In this document: one piece after another, positions 49,459 to 59,536 of the stretch
How the letters are laid out: the number at the start of each line of letters is the position of its first letter
Position numbering within the stretch: the stretch's first letter is position 1
Origin: a virus
Length of the DNA stretch: 64,000 bases
Reading direction: 5' to 3' (one strand)
IMG/VR virus record: IMGVR_UViG_3300043448_001007
Location: 10,281-74,280 of that record
Notes under the pieces: model-generated
The model's database searches: none
What the model saw: only the letters and a program-made list of their open reading frames with translations
Told to the model about the DNA's origin: nothing
Translations under genes and position numbers: made by a program

Positions 49459-51135
49459 ATGAGTTCTTATAATCCACTAAACAATCAAAATGGATACGCC
49501 TACATGAATTCGGCTGTAGAAAATAAAGGATTGTTTTCCAGAATACTTAGAAATATCTCAACTTGGGGAATGAATTATGATGATATGATATTAAGAAACC
49601 AAGTCGGCGTTAATATCAATGAAGATCCATATTCACAACAAGGTAGTTCAATGTATGATTTTTTCTCGAAAAGAGCAGTGGCGTCTGTTTTAAACAGAAA
49701 GTCAATTCCTTATTTAGATAGATCATATAGTGATAAGCGGAGAATTTTGAGAGAATATTCTATTAAAGATGAAATTAGGGATTATGTTTCTGTTGTTTGT
49801 GATGAAGCTATAATTTATCGAGATCGTAAATTTTGTAAACCCAGAAATTTATCAAATGATTTCCCACAAGAAATTAGAGATAAGTATTTAGAATATTTTG
49901 AAAGAATTTATAATAGATTTGGATTCTCTGATAGTATAACAGCTTGGGGATTAATGAAAGATTTCTTAATAGATGGTTATATTGCGATGGAAATTATATG
50001 GGATGATAAAAAGAAAAACATTATACATTTCAATAGATTAAGACCAGAAACTTTGGTACCTGCTTATGATCCAGCTATTGGTCACCTCTGGATTCAATTT
50101 CCGGATGATCCACAACTACGAAGAATATTTTTGGATTCACAAATAGTATTTATTTCATATGCTGCTCAAAATGATTATTCAGAAACATCTTATGTTGAAG
50201 GTTTAATTAAACCTTATAACCAATTAAAGATTTTAGAACAAGCTAAAATTATGTTTAATATAGTAAATGCAACATTACATCAAGTATTTACAATTCCAAC
50301 CAATGGTTTATCCAGACAAAAGGCTGAAGAACAAATAGGTCAGTTAATCCATGATTATTCAGAACAAGTAGAATGGGATGATAGTTTGGGAACATTACAA
50401 ATTAATGGTAGTAAACATTTAAATTATTGGAAACAAATCTGGTTCCCGGCTGGTGATGGAGGTACTCCAACAATGGAGTTGAGAAGTCCACAAGGAGCTA
50501 ACTTAAATGAAGATGATATGTTAAAATGGTTTCATAGAAATCTAAAAAGAGCTTCTAAAATACCATTACAAAGATTCGCTGATGATAGTGGTGGTGGAAA
50601 TTTAATTGTTGATTCTAGTAATATAACACATGATGAAATAAATTATCACAACTTTATATCAAGAATGCAAGCTAATTTTAAGGAATTGGTTTTAAAACCA
50701 TTAAAAATGCAACTTTTAGTTGAATTTCCAGAAATTAAAGATGATGAAAGATTATTAAATCAATTAGATGTTGAATTTTCAACAAATCAGTTTGTTGAGG
50801 CTTTAGAAAGACAAGCGATGATTGAGAAGAAAGCTGGTCTATTAACAACACTAATGAGTATTCAAAAAGCTGATGGTAAACCATACTTCCATGTTGATTA
50901 TTTAATGGATAAAGTTTGGGAGTTGACTGCCGAAGAAAAAGAAGAGAATAATAGATATTGGTTAAAAGATTCAGCTGGTGGTTCGGCTGAAGGTGGTGAT
51001 ATGGGTGGAGACGTTGGTGGTGATATGGGTGATATGGGTGATATGGGTGGAGAAGCTGGAATGGAATCTGGTGGTGAGATACCTCCTCCAGAAGGTGGTG
51101 GTGAATCCGAAACCGGAGGAGAATTTGAATTTTAA
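49459..51135 (+). CDS. gp20: Portal protein (gp20-like)
   Basis: VCDEAI, FLIDG, SYVEGLIKPYNQLKILE, LKRASKIP.QRF, ITHDEI. Confidence 0.92.
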   Translation: MSSYNPLNNQNGYAYMNSAVENKGLFSRILRNISTWGMNYDDMILRNQVGVNINEDPYSQQGSSMYDFFSKRAVASVLNRKSIPYLDRSYSDKRRILREYSIKDEIRDYVSVVCDEAIIYRDRKFCKPRNLSNDFPQEIRDKYLEYFERIYNRFGFSDSITAWGLMKDFLIDGYIAMEIIWDDKKKNIIHFNRLRPETLVPAYDPAIGHLWIQFPDDPQLRRIFLDSQIVFISYAAQNDYSETSYVEGLIKPYNQLKILEQAKIMFNIVNATLHQVFTIPTNGLSRQKAEEQIGQLIHDYSEQVEWDDSLGTLQINGSKHLNYWKQIWFPAGDGGTPTMELRSPQGANLNEDDMLKWFHRNLKRASKIPLQRFADDSGGGNLIVDSSNITHDEINYHNFISRMQANFKELVLKPLKMQLLVEFPEIKDDERLLNQLDVEFSTNQFVEALERQAMIEKKAGLLTTLMSIQKADGKPYFHVDYLMDKVWELTAEEKEENNRYWLKDSAGGSAEGGDMGGDVGGDMGDMGDMGGEAGMESGGEIPPPEGGGESETGGEFEF

Positions 51136-51139
51136 GGAT

Positions 51140-51172
51140 AAAAAAAGAGTGAGAGAATTTCTCACTCTTTTT
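51140..51172. terminator. Bidirectional terminator
   Basis: AAAAAAGAGTGAGA-GAATT-TCTCACTCTTTTTT. Confidence 0.85.
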
Positions 51173-51569
51173 CATTGTCATCTAATTCTATAATAAATCC
51201 AAATATATCATCTGATCCAGATAGAGAACGTGGTTTAATACCCGGATCAGTATCTAATATTCCCTCACATGTTACTTCCAATTCTTCTACTAATAAACCT
51301 GAATTTATAATAAACTTCATTTTAGTTATTCTAATTTTGTTTGCATAAACATGATCATTTAAATCCTTTTTGTTATATTTTTTAATTACTAAATGTGGTA
51401 GTATATTTTCAATATCAAATTGAACTCTTTGTCCAAAAAGACAAGATAATTTAATATCTCTTAGACATGTTTTATAATCTCTATATTTTTCTAAGAGAGG
51501 TTTAAACCTTTCTATACTAGTCCCTTGATTTATTTCTACTTTTCTTACGCTCATATAAATTTTCCACAA
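51162..51569 (-). CDS. Hypothetical protein
   Basis: ORF; internal 'LRDIKL' motif. Confidence 0.55.
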   Translation of the reverse strand: MWKIYMSVRKVEINQGTSIERFKPLLEKYRDYKTCLRDIKLSCLFGQRVQFDIENILPHLVIKKYNKKDLNDHVYANKIRITKMKFIINSGLLVEELEVTCEGILDTDPGIKPRSLSGSDDIFGFIIELDDNEKE

Positions 51570-51909
51570 TACTTTTTTTCATTTTATTAAATAATTCAAT
51601 ATTCTGTATTGGATAATCACACCCCCAATTTTCATTAAGAGTCCTCTTCCTTTTCACCTCAGAACATTTTCGACAATAATAGTACCCCCAAGTATTATTA
51701 TATTTGACATAATTTTTAAAAATAACATCCTTAACTACATTACAATTTAATCCATCACATTTACATGTAATTTTGTAACAAGATCCGGGTGTTAAAAACT
51801 CAATCGGTATTAATATCTCATCACCAATCATTACATCATATCCCAAATCTTCAAAATATTGGTAGTTGGATTCAATTATTTTTACTTTTATTTCTCTTGT
51901 TAAAATCAT
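51517..51909 (-). CDS. Zn-binding endonuclease-associated domain protein (no nuclease core)
   Basis: CKCD..C, YYCRKC, single 'ENWGCDYP' repeat like those of the Hef-like paralogs. Confidence 0.55.
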   Translation of the reverse strand: MILTREIKVKIIESNYQYFEDLGYDVMIGDEILIPIEFLTPGSCYKITCKCDGLNCNVVKDVIFKNYVKYNNTWGYYYCRKCSEVKRKRTLNENWGCDYPIQNIELFNKMKKSIVENLYERKKSRNKSRD

Positions 51910-53393
51910 AATATTATTTCATATTTTATTTTACCACAATCCCAAATTTTTGGGATTTCTAATTCAGATTCACTTATTCCAGTAATTGACCTTTTAAAAT
52001 TTGATTTATGGATTCTTTCACCATCAAAAACATATTTATAGTCTGGATTACTTTCATTTACCTTTTCAAATTTTAATTTAGTATATAGATCACCACGGCT
52101 CCAATCTCGATCAGCATAACTTATTATTCTGATTGGTTTATAATTTTTAATAAAATAATTAAGTAATTTTGAAGCACCACCTATAACATTAAATCCAATC
52201 TTATTACAAAATCTATTTAAATTCCATTCTCCATAATTCATTTTCTTACGACCTTCAAATTGATCAAATGTCATTAAACAAACCAACTCTTCATTGTGAA
52301 ATAAACCTATTTTAATTTTTGAATTTGACCAACCTTGGATATGATTATTGTTTAAAAATTTTTTAACTAATTCTATATCATCAATTTCCTTAATAATACA
52401 ATTTCTAGATCCAATTTTTGAACTTAATTTTAAAAGATTTCCTATTTGACTTTCAATTATACTTTTTCTATGATTCCAATCATCTTCCCAAAAATGGATT
52501 AATCTAATTCCCTGTGATTCGAAAAATTTTGTCTTTTCTAAATGGAAATTTTTATCCTTATATATCTCAGAATGCCAATATATACCATTGAACTCAAATC
52601 CTATTTTCTCGGATGGTAGAAATATATCAATTTCTTTATTACCAATTTTATAATTTTGTATTATTTCCCCATTATATATTGATTTTATAAAGTTAAATAG
52701 GTTTATCTCACCACCAGATTGATGACCATTTATTTTATTACAAATTGTGCATAATATTGTTTTATATTTAATCCTTTTATGGAATAAATCAATATCTATT
52801 TCAAAATCATGTTCTTTATTGTTATCACATCTAAATAAAGATATTCCATTTTCCTTATAAGATAAATAATTTTTATGATTAGCAATTTTAAAATTGTTTT
52901 TTCTAAAAATTTCACTTTTTTTGTTATTTGATGCCCCCCAATTTTCTAAATATTTTTTAGCTTTGAGATCTTTTACTTCTCTGGATTGTGAAACATTTTC
53001 AACTCCCCATCTATCTAAATTTGTTGATTTTTGTTTATTTAAAACTTCTTTATTTTTTAAATGATGTTCAACACCAAACTTTTTAATATTATTCTCTTTT
53101 ATTTTTATTTGAATATCTTTTGATTGTGATACAAACTCAACACCTCTTTTCTCTAAGTTGGTCTTTTTTGACTTTTCTTTGATATTATCTAATTGGAATA
53201 CGTTTTCAACTCCCCATTTTTCTAAATTATTCTTCTTTAATTTACATTTTTTACACAAATACTCACCATTACAATATCCATATGATGTATATAATTTGAA
53301 TTTTATCTTTTTATCAATACCACATGAATCACAGACTACCTCTATTTCAGTATTACTCCATTTTCCAATACTATCTATATTAGTTTTAATCAT
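51906..53393 (-). CDS. Hef-like homing endonuclease
   Basis: EKWGVEN repeats; EIDIFLP..GFEFNGIYWHS; FWEDDW; RFC..GGASKL; SYAD; IWDCG. Confidence 0.75.
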   Translation of the reverse strand: MIKTNIDSIGKWSNTEIEVVCDSCGIDKKIKFKLYTSYGYCNGEYLCKKCKLKKNNLEKWGVENVFQLDNIKEKSKKTNLEKRGVEFVSQSKDIQIKIKENNIKKFGVEHHLKNKEVLNKQKSTNLDRWGVENVSQSREVKDLKAKKYLENWGASNNKKSEIFRKNNFKIANHKNYLSYKENGISLFRCDNNKEHDFEIDIDLFHKRIKYKTILCTICNKINGHQSGGEINLFNFIKSIYNGEIIQNYKIGNKEIDIFLPSEKIGFEFNGIYWHSEIYKDKNFHLEKTKFFESQGIRLIHFWEDDWNHRKSIIESQIGNLLKLSSKIGSRNCIIKEIDDIELVKKFLNNNHIQGWSNSKIKIGLFHNEELVCLMTFDQFEGRKKMNYGEWNLNRFCNKIGFNVIGGASKLLNYFIKNYKPIRIISYADRDWSRGDLYTKLKFEKVNESNPDYKYVFDGERIHKSNFKRSITGISESELEIPKIWDCGKIKYEIIL

Positions 53394-53532
53394 ATATTTT
53401 TTATTTTTTAATCAAATTCATCACATACTATATATAAAAATAGTTGGTTTGTTTAATATTCCTGTAAAAAATCTACCTATGTAAAAAAACGATATTTTTT
53501 GTCAATATATATGTAAAATCAATATATTGAAA

Positions 53533-55635
53533 ATGAAACCTATATTAATCGTAGAGAACAACACAAATCCTCTTTCGTTAAATGAAAATTTAAGTGGAAA
53601 GGATAAGTATGTTCTTTCAGGACCATTCACTGAATTTGATATCGTGAATAGAAATGAAAGAGTTTATACTGCTAATAAGTTCTTACCAGCTCTTCAAGAG
53701 TTGAATGAAAGAATTAAACAATTGGGTGTTGTGTATGGTGAGTTCGATCATCCCGACGTCTTTGACACATCATTACAAAGAGCATCTCACATTATCACTA
53801 AAGCTTCTTTTATGAAAGAAAGTAATAGAGTTGATGGTGAGATTCGTTTACTAACTACCTATTGGGGTAAAGAAGCAAGAGCTTTAGTTGATGATGGATG
53901 TCCTATTTTTGTTTCCTCAAGAGCTGCTGGTATTACTGAGTCTGATGGAAGTGTATCATTAAAGAAATTATTTACTTATGATATTGTTGCAGATCCTGGA
54001 TTTGCATCAGCTAAAATGTCTGTAAAGCCATTGAATGAATCATTAGGGTATAATTTAAATAAATCTAACTTTAGGATATATGAAATGTCCGACGAGTCAA
54101 AAATCAATCAATTATTTATGAATAACAATAATGATTTTGTTACAAAGAAACAATTGACCGATTACTCTAAGTATCTAATCAATGAGATAGCATCAACTAA
54201 AAAAGAAGTTAAGTCTGCTGTATCTGAAGGTAAAATGGATCCTAAGCAATTGGAAAAATTGTTAGAGTACTATGAAGAGTTGAATAAAACTAATACTGAC
54301 ATTGTTAAGTATTTGGATTATTTGGCTAATAAAGTACAAGTGGTAGTTAATGAGAATAAGTCATTAAAATCTACTACAGATCGTTTGATCAAACATAACG
54401 ATTATATCGTTGAAAATCTTGAAAAAACAATTAACTATTCTGAGTATGTAGCTGAGAAAGTTGATAAAAACATCTCCTATTCTGAGTATGTAGCTGAGCA
54501 ATTGGATAAAAATATTGCATATTCTGAATATGTAGCAGAACAAGTTGATAAAAACATTGCTTATTCTGAATATGTAGCAGAACAATTAGATAAAAACATC
54601 GCTTATGCTGAATATATCGCTGAGAATGTTGATAAAAACATTGCTTATTCTGAATATGTAGCAGAACAAGTTGATAGTTCTATCGCTTATTCTGAATATT
54701 TAGCTGAACATGTTGAAGGAAATATTGCTTATGCTGAATATATCGCTGAGAATTTAGATGATAATATCGCTTATTCTGAGTATATCGCAGAAAGTTTAGA
54801 TAAATCAGTTTCTTACCAAGCTCTTATTGTTGAGAAATTGAATAACAAGAAAAATAAATTAAATGAAAATGCTGAATATGATCCATTACCAACTCCAGAA
54901 GAAGTAGGTTTTGAAGATGAATCAGAAGAAGAAAATGAATTTGGTGATGAAAACGAATTCCCTTCTGAAGATGAAACTCCAGCATTGGTTGAATTCGATG
55001 AAGAAGAACATTCTTTAGTTGATTCTGATGATGAGTGTGAACCTTGTGGTGATGACTATTCAGAAGAAGAAGAAGTTTTAGGTGAAGAAGAAGTTACTAC
55101 ATTCGAAGGAAACTCTGATACAGAATTATCAAAATCTATTGATAAATTAATCGAAGAAGCTAAAAAACGAAAAGCTGCTGAATCTTCAGACGTTCATTTT
55201 TTAAAATTCTTAAATAAATCTCAGGTTGATAGTTTCTATGGCTTAACAAACGAAGAGCAAGAATCTGTTAAACTTTACATAAGCGAAAAAAGTTTCTTTA
55301 CACAAAAAGATGTGTTGAGATTAATATCTGAGGCTTTATCTACTAAGAATGAATCGTTAGAGGAACGAATTATCCGAATGATGCCTGATTCTATCAAGCC
55401 AATTTGGAACCAATTAAATGAGAGTAATAGAAAATCAATTTTATCTCAGTCTAGATTATTCCCTGCGGAAGTTCTACAAACTGAATCACAAATTGAGCAC
55501 TTCTGGAATACTCGTAATTTAAAGAAAAATGAATCTGTAACTAAGAAGTTAGTTTCTCACGAAGCTTTGATCCAAGAAGATAAAGTTTCTAATGATGAAA
55601 TGAAAGCTATTATGGAAAGATTCAAAAATATTTAA
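53533..55635 (+). CDS. gp21: Prohead protease (gp21-like) fused to scaffold with 14-aa repeats
   Basis: NRNERVY, GEFDHP, SSRAAG, TYDIVADPGF; coiled-coil and acidic C-terminal part. Confidence 0.9.
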   Translation: MKPILIVENNTNPLSLNENLSGKDKYVLSGPFTEFDIVNRNERVYTANKFLPALQELNERIKQLGVVYGEFDHPDVFDTSLQRASHIITKASFMKESNRVDGEIRLLTTYWGKEARALVDDGCPIFVSSRAAGITESDGSVSLKKLFTYDIVADPGFASAKMSVKPLNESLGYNLNKSNFRIYEMSDESKINQLFMNNNNDFVTKKQLTDYSKYLINEIASTKKEVKSAVSEGKMDPKQLEKLLEYYEELNKTNTDIVKYLDYLANKVQVVVNENKSLKSTTDRLIKHNDYIVENLEKTINYSEYVAEKVDKNISYSEYVAEQLDKNIAYSEYVAEQVDKNIAYSEYVAEQLDKNIAYAEYIAENVDKNIAYSEYVAEQVDSSIAYSEYLAEHVEGNIAYAEYIAENLDDNIAYSEYIAESLDKSVSYQALIVEKLNNKKNKLNENAEYDPLPTPEEVGFEDESEEENEFGDENEFPSEDETPALVEFDEEEHSLVDSDDECEPCGDDYSEEEEVLGEEEVTTFEGNSDTELSKSIDKLIEEAKKRKAAESSDVHFLKFLNKSQVDSFYGLTNEEQESVKLYISEKSFFTQKDVLRLISEALSTKNESLEERIIRMMPDSIKPIWNQLNESNRKSILSQSRLFPAEVLQTESQIEHFWNTRNLKKNESVTKKLVSHEALIQEDKVSNDEMKAIMERFKNI
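54436..54813 (+). repeat. Nine 42-bp tandem coding repeats (Y[SA]EY[VIL]AE...NIA)
   Basis: Visible in both DNA and protein. Confidence 0.9.
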
Positions 55636-55676
55636 TCTGTTAAAACAGACAAAAAACAAAAAACAAAATTAAAATT

Positions 55677-57353
55677 ATGTCACACATTAGAATAGACAAA
55701 TCAAAAGCAACAAAAAAATGGGGTCCTGTATTGGAAAATATGGGTATCTCTGGCGAAAGAGTTGAATGGATGTCAGAATTAGCTGAATATCACCAAATCA
55801 ATGAAAACGCTTATGCTAACGCTACTACAGCTGGTATGGGTGCAGTAGTAAATCCAAATATGGCTGGTATCTTCCCTGGTAATGCTGGTGGATACTCTAA
55901 CTCAGCATTAGGTTCAGGAGACGTTGGTCAGAACTTATTACCTGTAGCTATGAAAATCGCTGGTCAAACTATCGGTTTAGACTTAGTAGCAGTAAAACCT
56001 TCTCCAGGTCCAAAAATTGACTTGATTTATATCGATTTCCAATATGATGATTTATCTGATGTTGGTGGTATGTCAAGACCTCAAGTATTCAAAATCACTA
56101 ATGCATCTGCTAATGTTAAAGCATCAATCGGTGCAGCTTTAACAGCTAATCCAGCTATTAAATTAACACAAGGTGGTTTACAAGGTGGTAGATTATTCGT
56201 TAATACTATTAAAGTTAGTGCTGCTCTTGTAAATGCTGAACCAACTGGTTCTAAAGAAGGTGTTTTAGAATTCTTAGGATTCTCTCGTATTGATGGTCAT
56301 CCAATGTTCAAAGCTTATCGTCAAGCTAACTCTACTCCAGTAGGTGCTGGTGTATATCCTTACACTTTTGATCAAAAATTAAACACATTCAATCCAACTC
56401 AATCAATGGTTGATCAAATTTTATTCATTGGTACTGCTTCAGCAACTGCTTCAGCAATTGAATTAGTATCTGCTCTTGAAGATCACTTACCTGGTTTCTC
56501 TGCAAACTGGTCATCTAAAGTATCTTCTGGTGATTATCCAATGGATAGAGCAACTGATGATAATACATACTCTGGTATCATCGGACCTAAAGTATCTTCT
56601 AAATCAATCGCTGTTGGTACTGTTGAAGTATCTACTGCATTAAGAAGAACTGAAATTGAAGATATCAAAGCTAATACTGGTATGGATATCGTTCAAAAAA
56701 TGGAATCTATCTTAGTTAATGAGTTGTCTCAAACAATCTCTAAACAAATTGTAGCTAAAATATTTGAATTGGGTGATTTGAATAGACAATCAGCTCCTTT
56801 AGCTGGTTCTGCTACTTCAGTTACAGCAACTGCTTCAACTATTTTTGACTTAAACACTACTTATGCAAATGTAATTGGTGGTGAAACTACACACGCTGTA
56901 CAAAGAAAGTTAATCACTAAAATGGTTCACGCTTCTAACTACATCGCTACTGAAGGTCGTGTAGGTCCTGCACAATTTGCAATCACTAATGGTGGTTTAG
57001 CTGCATCTTTAATGGATATCGCAGGATATACTATTAACCCAGTTAAATCTAAATTAAATGGTTCTGGTCAATTGTATCCAGTAGGTACTATCGGTGATAT
57101 TCAAATCTATGTAGATCCATATCAAAGATATAATGATAACAGAATTGTTATCGGTAGAAAAAACAACCCTGATCAACCAGGTTTAATTTTCGTACCTTAC
57201 TTGATGGCTCAGTCAATCAGTGTAATCTCTGAAGCAACTTTCGCACCTCGTATGTTGTTGAGATCTAGATACGCTATCGCAGACGTTGGATTCTTCCCAC
57301 AAAAACAATATATGACTATCGTAGTTGAAGATGCCGCTGGTTACTTAAACTAA
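55677..57353 (+). CDS. gp23: Major capsid protein (gp23-like)
   Basis: KW.PVLE, IG.DLV.V.P, LVNELSQ.I.K.I, YVDPY, PGLIFVPY, FAPRMLLRSRYA. Confidence 0.93.
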   Translation: MSHIRIDKSKATKKWGPVLENMGISGERVEWMSELAEYHQINENAYANATTAGMGAVVNPNMAGIFPGNAGGYSNSALGSGDVGQNLLPVAMKIAGQTIGLDLVAVKPSPGPKIDLIYIDFQYDDLSDVGGMSRPQVFKITNASANVKASIGAALTANPAIKLTQGGLQGGRLFVNTIKVSAALVNAEPTGSKEGVLEFLGFSRIDGHPMFKAYRQANSTPVGAGVYPYTFDQKLNTFNPTQSMVDQILFIGTASATASAIELVSALEDHLPGFSANWSSKVSSGDYPMDRATDDNTYSGIIGPKVSSKSIAVGTVEVSTALRRTEIEDIKANTGMDIVQKMESILVNELSQTISKQIVAKIFELGDLNRQSAPLAGSATSVTATASTIFDLNTTYANVIGGETTHAVQRKLITKMVHASNYIATEGRVGPAQFAITNGGLAASLMDIAGYTINPVKSKLNGSGQLYPVGTIGDIQIYVDPYQRYNDNRIVIGRKNNPDQPGLIFVPYLMAQSISVISEATFAPRMLLRSRYAIADVGFFPQKQYMTIVVEDAAGYLN

Positions 57354-57377
57354 TCAATAGTAAATATTGAATAATAT

Positions 57378-57406
57378 AAAAACCCACTCAATTGAGTGGG
57401 TTTTTT
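57378..57406 (+). terminator. Terminator
   Basis: AAAAACCCACTCAATTGAGTGGGTTTTTT. Confidence 0.85.
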
Positions 57407-57469
57407 ATTTATATTAAAACATAACTATAAATATTTTATATATATAATATAAAATATCGTGGAACGAAT

Positions 57470-59512
57470 ATGAATTCAGAAAAAATTAAAAAGATAGAAT
57501 CGATTGTTGAAGACAAAACAGTTAGGTTAAGAGAATCCTATTGGATTAATAATTATAGTGAATTTCATAAAGAAGTATCAGATTATATTAATTTAGATAT
57601 ACCATTTATTCAAAAATTATGGCATTGGGTTAATGATTATCCAAATGAGTTTAAATGTTTATGTGGTAATAAAACATCATTTAATAGAAATTGGAAAGAT
57701 GGTTATAAGAAATTTTGTTCAACAAAATGTTCATATAAGGATTCAAATACTTTAGAAAAGAGAAAAAAAACAACTTTGGATAAATGGGGGGTTGAGAATG
57801 TTGCTCAATCTAAAAAAATTAAAGAAAAAACAGAAAAAACAAATTTAAAAAGATATGGAACTAAATCATCATTCCAAAATAAAGATGTTAGAGAAAAATT
57901 TAAAAGAAATTATCAAGAAAAACACGGAGTTGATCACCCATTTAAGAATGACGAAGTAAAAGATAAGATTAAACATTCCAATAATATAAAGTTTGGTAAA
58001 GACTATTATACACAAACAGATGAATTTATTTTAAAGTCAAAAATAACAAATAATTTGAAGTTTGGAAAGGATTACTATACACAAACAAATGAATTCAAAG
58101 AAAGATTAATTAAAATATCAAATGAAAAATGGGGTGTTGATAGTTATTTACAAACAGATGAATTAAGAAATATATTAAAAGACAATAAAGATTTAATTAT
58201 TGAAAAGTCAAAAAAGACTAGCTTAGATAATTGGGGAGTTGAATTCTATACACAATCTGAAGATTATAAAAATAAATCAATTAACTTTAATAGAGCTGAC
58301 CAACAAAAGATTAGAAAAACAAATTTAGAGAAATGGGGTAAAGAATATTACACTCAAACAGATGAGTGGAAGGAAAATATGATTAAACACAATCAAGAAA
58401 AATATGGTAAGGATTGGTATTCACAAACAGATGGATTTAAAGATGTTATTAAACTACAAATAGATAAGTTTAAAGAACTTAAATGGATAAAATCAAAGGA
58501 GTATTATAAAAATTGTGGATTTGAATTATTATCGAAAAAAGGAGAGTTTGTTGAATTGGTAAGTGATTCTTGTGGTCATACTTTTAGTATTTATCGAGAC
58601 ACTTTTTATAAAAGATATGGTGAATATAATATTAATCCTTGTATTATATGTAATCCATTAAATTCTGGAGTGTCTGGCTTAGAATTGGAAGTCGTAGATT
58701 GGTTAAAATCATTAAATATTAATATTGAGACTAATAATAGATCATTGATTGATGGATTTGAATTAGATATAGTAATACCAGATCAAAAAATTGCTATTGA
58801 ATTTAATGGATTATATTGGCATTCAGAGTTCTATAAAGAAAAGAACTACCATTCATTAAAAACAGATTTATGTAAAAATATTGGATTTAGATTGATTCAT
58901 ATTTGGGAAGATGATTGGAAAAATAAGAATGAAATAGTTAAATCAATAATTTTAAACTCGATCAATAAAATAGATAAAAAAGTTTGGGCTAGAAAATGTA
59001 ATATTAAAGAAGTTGATAGTAAGTCAGTTAGAATTTTTTTAGATAGTAATCATATTCAAGGTAATTGTCAATCTAGTTTAAGATATGGGTTATATCTTGG
59101 AGATGAATTGATATCATTAATGACATTTGGTTCTAGATATATTAATGGTAAATCATCTTATGAATTATTAAGGTTTTGTAATAAGATAGGATATTCCATT
59201 GTTGGGGGTGCTTCTAAATTATTTAGTCATTTTTTAAAAAATTGTGAGGAAAGTGAAATTGTGTCATATGCTGACCTTTCTATATTTGATGGTTATTTAT
59301 ATAAAACATTGGGATTTAAATTCATACATAGAAGTAATATAAATTATTGGTGGGTTGTTAATGGAAAAAGACATCATAGATTTAATTTCTCTAAGAAAAG
59401 ATTAGTTAAGTTAGGATATGATAAAAGTTTAACAGCTGATTCTATTCTACATTCAATAGGGGCTTATAAAATATTCGGTTGTGGTCAAGATCGATATGTT
59501 TATAAAAGATAA
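57470..59512 (+). CDS. Hef-like homing endonuclease with expanded K(W/Y/F)G..YYTQT repeats
   Basis: About nine 'EKWGV/KFGKDYYTQT' repeats; ELDIVIP..AIEFNGLYWHS; WEDDW; RFC..GGAS; SYAD. Confidence 0.75.
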   Translation: MNSEKIKKIESIVEDKTVRLRESYWINNYSEFHKEVSDYINLDIPFIQKLWHWVNDYPNEFKCLCGNKTSFNRNWKDGYKKFCSTKCSYKDSNTLEKRKKTTLDKWGVENVAQSKKIKEKTEKTNLKRYGTKSSFQNKDVREKFKRNYQEKHGVDHPFKNDEVKDKIKHSNNIKFGKDYYTQTDEFILKSKITNNLKFGKDYYTQTNEFKERLIKISNEKWGVDSYLQTDELRNILKDNKDLIIEKSKKTSLDNWGVEFYTQSEDYKNKSINFNRADQQKIRKTNLEKWGKEYYTQTDEWKENMIKHNQEKYGKDWYSQTDGFKDVIKLQIDKFKELKWIKSKEYYKNCGFELLSKKGEFVELVSDSCGHTFSIYRDTFYKRYGEYNINPCIICNPLNSGVSGLELEVVDWLKSLNINIETNNRSLIDGFELDIVIPDQKIAIEFNGLYWHSEFYKEKNYHSLKTDLCKNIGFRLIHIWEDDWKNKNEIVKSIILNSINKIDKKVWARKCNIKEVDSKSVRIFLDSNHIQGNCQSSLRYGLYLGDELISLMTFGSRYINGKSSYELLRFCNKIGYSIVGGASKLFSHFLKNCEESEIVSYADLSIFDGYLYKTLGFKFIHRSNINYWWVVNGKRHHRFNFSKKRLVKLGYDKSLTADSILHSIGAYKIFGCGQDRYVYKR

Positions 59513-59536
59513 TTTTTCAAATTAATATATACTGAT

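Noticed and set aside
50735-51193. His-rich and other overlapping ORFs at the portal 3' end
   Set aside because: Antisense or alternative frames of the GGDMG low-complexity tail.
627-54585. Other short ORF-track entries nested in long genes (e.g. 627, 1357, 3942, 5100, 16964, 18424, 19285, 19648, 20089, 20658, 26006, 27651, 29523, 29652, 30430, 30868, 32468, 42966, 44093, 53158, 54364)
   Set aside because: Largely overlap better-supported genes and have no recognisable motifs or promoters.
54436-54813. 42-bp repeats as a CRISPR array
   Set aside because: Contiguous in-frame coding repeats with mostly synonymous variation and no unique spacers.
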